A stretch of 64,000 nucleotides of DNA from a virus (taxonomy: Duplodnaviria > Caudoviricetes), in IMG/VR virus record IMGVR_UViG_2528311002_000006, positions 25,162 through 89,161 of that record; one strand, given 5' to 3'. The notes under the pieces were generated by a model. That model had not been told where the DNA came from. It saw only the letters and a program-made list of their open reading frames with translations, and ran no database searches. Shown piece after piece: positions 62,043 through 64,000 of this stretch (position 1 is the first letter of the stretch; each line of letters opens with the position of its first letter). Both the position numbers and the translations under genes were made by a program.

Positions 62043-62960
62043 ATGACCACACATTCAGCGGCCAGCGCGGCAATCAAGACGCTGCAGGCACTGGGCTACA
62101 CCCACTCCGGGGGCGAGCTTTGGAAACCGCCCATCGGCCAAGCCCCGAACTTCGACCTGATCGACAACCTGCGCACCCGAATTGCACGGCTTGAGGCAGA
62201 GCTGGTTACAGAAGCTGGACGCACAGCCCAGCAAAAACTGCGCGCCGACCAGATGACCGAGCAACACCGCATGCAAGCCGCCATGAACTCAGAAGCGCGT
62301 AAGGCTCTCGTCGAAGAAACCGAGGCCACCGACGCCTGGCGCCAGCTGGCGCTGCAGTTCGACGGCCACCGAATGCAGGCACTCGGCTATTTGAAGGCCC
62401 TGCTGAGAGGTGACAAGGACATGGAGACTGGCGCTCGCGGGTTCATTGCGTCGCAGCCCATACCGGGACAACGGGTGCTGGCAGAGCGTCTCGCTGCCAT
62501 TGCCTGGAAGCCGGCTCCCCACGGGTGGAAGCTGGTTCCAGTGGAGCCGACGCGGGAAATGATGGACGCTTACGTGAATCAGGATGGACGTTTCCACAGC
62601 GCAAGGTCGGACTGGGTGGCAATGCTCGCGGCCTCTCCAACACCTCCGGGACTGAAGCGCGAGCCACTGACGGATGAGCAGATCAGCGGCTTGAACCTGC
62701 AAGCCTGGAAGGGCGGAGGAAACGTAACGCTTAAATTCGCCCGCGACATCGAGACTGCCCACGGAATTCGATGCTGGTGTTCCACCTGCCGGCCCATCAC
62801 CTTGCAAGACATGCGATTCGTGGTCTGCCCGGTGTGCGGAAACAAGCGCTGCCCTCGCGCCCATAACCACGAGTTGACCTGTACTGGTAGCAATGCCGTT
62901 GGCCAGCCCGGCTCCAGCTGGGAGCATGTAAAGCCCATCAGCCAGGAGAAGCTGGGATGA
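62043..62960 (+). CDS. Mosaic hypothetical protein
   Basis: GWKLVPVEPT, PLTDEQI, CPVCGNKRCP modules. Confidence 0.7.
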   Translation: MTTHSAASAAIKTLQALGYTHSGGELWKPPIGQAPNFDLIDNLRTRIARLEAELVTEAGRTAQQKLRADQMTEQHRMQAAMNSEARKALVEETEATDAWRQLALQFDGHRMQALGYLKALLRGDKDMETGARGFIASQPIPGQRVLAERLAAIAWKPAPHGWKLVPVEPTREMMDAYVNQDGRFHSARSDWVAMLAASPTPPGLKREPLTDEQISGLNLQAWKGGGNVTLKFARDIETAHGIRCWCSTCRPITLQDMRFVVCPVCGNKRCPRAHNHELTCTGSNAVGQPGSSWEHVKPISQEKLG

Positions 62961-63316
62961 CAACCGACGCAATCGAATACAACCCAAGGCTGCTCCGGGG
63001 TAGCTGGTGCGAGGAAGACATTGAGTACCTGCTGCGCAATGCCGGCCGAATCGCCGTCTCCAACATTGCTACGGCACTCGGCAAAGGCCCGGAAGCCGTC
63101 CGCAAGAAGATCCGCGGGCTTGGACTGAATCCCGAATCCGGCGGGCTCCCCGAAGCGCTTGATGACCTGCAGTACATCCCGGACGGCATGACCATTCGCA
63201 AAGGGCCAACGGGCCATGTTTACCGCGTCCCGACCTCATCGCCGGGGATCGTTTCGCGCACAGTGCACATCGCTCACGGCTCATGGAACGATGAGGACGA
63301 CGACCATGCCAGCTGA
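62957..63316 (+). CDS. HTH DNA-binding protein
   Basis: W.EEDIEYL...IATALGKGPEAVRKKI. Confidence 0.65.
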   Translation: MTTDAIEYNPRLLRGSWCEEDIEYLLRNAGRIAVSNIATALGKGPEAVRKKIRGLGLNPESGGLPEALDDLQYIPDGMTIRKGPTGHVYRVPTSSPGIVSRTVHIAHGSWNDEDDDHAS

Positions 63317-63626
63317 TGAATCTCTGTCGCAAGACCCCACGGCCGCGCATGGTGATGGCGTTTCACCGTACCCGTGCAGCACCAGGGCAACACCGCCAGG
63401 AAGTAACTGGTCAATCAACTACGGCTACTGCCGCACCAGCCTGGACTGGCATGGCCACGGCAACCCGCAAGGTTTCGGTGATCCACGCTGCCCCACGGGC
63501 TGCCCGCACAAAGCACCTCAGTCGGTGGCCATTGAATACGGCCAACGCTCCGAGTCTGACGGCGTGGCGGCCAGCGCGGCCTGGGTTCGCTCCCTGCTAC
63601 CAGCGCCAGCCAGGCTCCCTGACTGA
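63306..63626 (+). CDS. Hypothetical protein
   Basis: Overlapping start. Confidence 0.45.
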   Translation: MPADESLSQDPTAAHGDGVSPYPCSTRATPPGSNWSINYGYCRTSLDWHGHGNPQGFGDPRCPTGCPHKAPQSVAIEYGQRSESDGVAASAAWVRSLLPAPARLPD

Positions 63627-63742
63627 GCCAGCCACGGCCTGCAGCAATCTGCTGGGGCTCAACCGTGCCGGCCTTCTGTCCGGCATCGACCGCCAATCGC
63701 TTGGAGCAGGAATCACCTGCTCCAGGCTTACCAAATAGAACA

Positions 63743-64000
63743 ATGAGCTACACACACTTCGCCCTACTCGCCAAATATGGCGACACAAATATCCCATTGG
63801 AAAAATGCTGCGAAGACTATTTTGGACTCGCATTAAAGAAGGCACTGGACTATGCCCGCTCAAACGAGCTGCCAGTGCCTGTTTACCGACTCGGTAGCCA
63901 GAAGAGCAAATGGTTCGTGGATGCCAAGGTGCTTGCCGATCACATTGACGCCAAAAAGCAGGCAGCTATGAATGATTGGAAAAGGGTTACGGGTAATTAG
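63743..64000 (+). CDS. PrtN-family / excisionase-like DNA-binding protein
   Basis: THFALLAKYG..IPLEKCCEDYFGL..LPVPVYRLGSQKS. Confidence 0.85.
   Translation: MSYTHFALLAKYGDTNIPLEKCCEDYFGLALKKALDYARSNELPVPVYRLGSQKSKWFVDAKVLADHIDAKKQAAMNDWKRVTGN

Larger units (their letters stand above)
1..64000. mobile_element. Temperate podovirus-like prophage (partial, continues past both ends)
   Basis: Terminase, portal, capsid, divergent cro/cI switch, antirepressor, replication genes and excisionase-like gene in lambdoid order; no host housekeeping genes seen. Confidence 0.93.

Noticed and set aside
63743-64000. Integrase or att site
   Set aside because: Not visible; expected beyond the right edge, after the excisionase-like gene

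Overview
The whole window is one temperate, podovirus-like prophage genome (about 60% GC; a Burkholderiales/Comamonadaceae-like host is my inference). Left arm, minus strand: replication and nin-like genes, an inserted accessory operon, TerS, a terminase large subunit split into two ORFs, portal, scaffold, N4-gp56-type capsid, adaptor and a probable internal virion protein. These are followed by a P22 immI-like mnt/arc/ant module and a giant (>3,800 aa) polyvalent virion protein that runs off the window, with ParB-like, LPD1-like HExxH, adenine MTase and Strawberry-notch helicase modules. A cro/cI switch lies at 35.3-36.6 kb. Right arm, plus strand: a structured non-coding leader, vWA, RdgC, H-NS, two DNA MTases, Gp37/Gp68, Lar-like and many small genes, ending in a PrtN/excisionase-like gene. 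No integrase, lysis or recognisable tail-fibre genes are in the window. The most notable observations are candidate overprinted genes in the giant gene's linkers, a three-copy palindromic late promoter, the split TerL, shared DNA junction modules among early genes, and several structured RNA candidates. All domain calls are motif recognition by eye; no searches were run.
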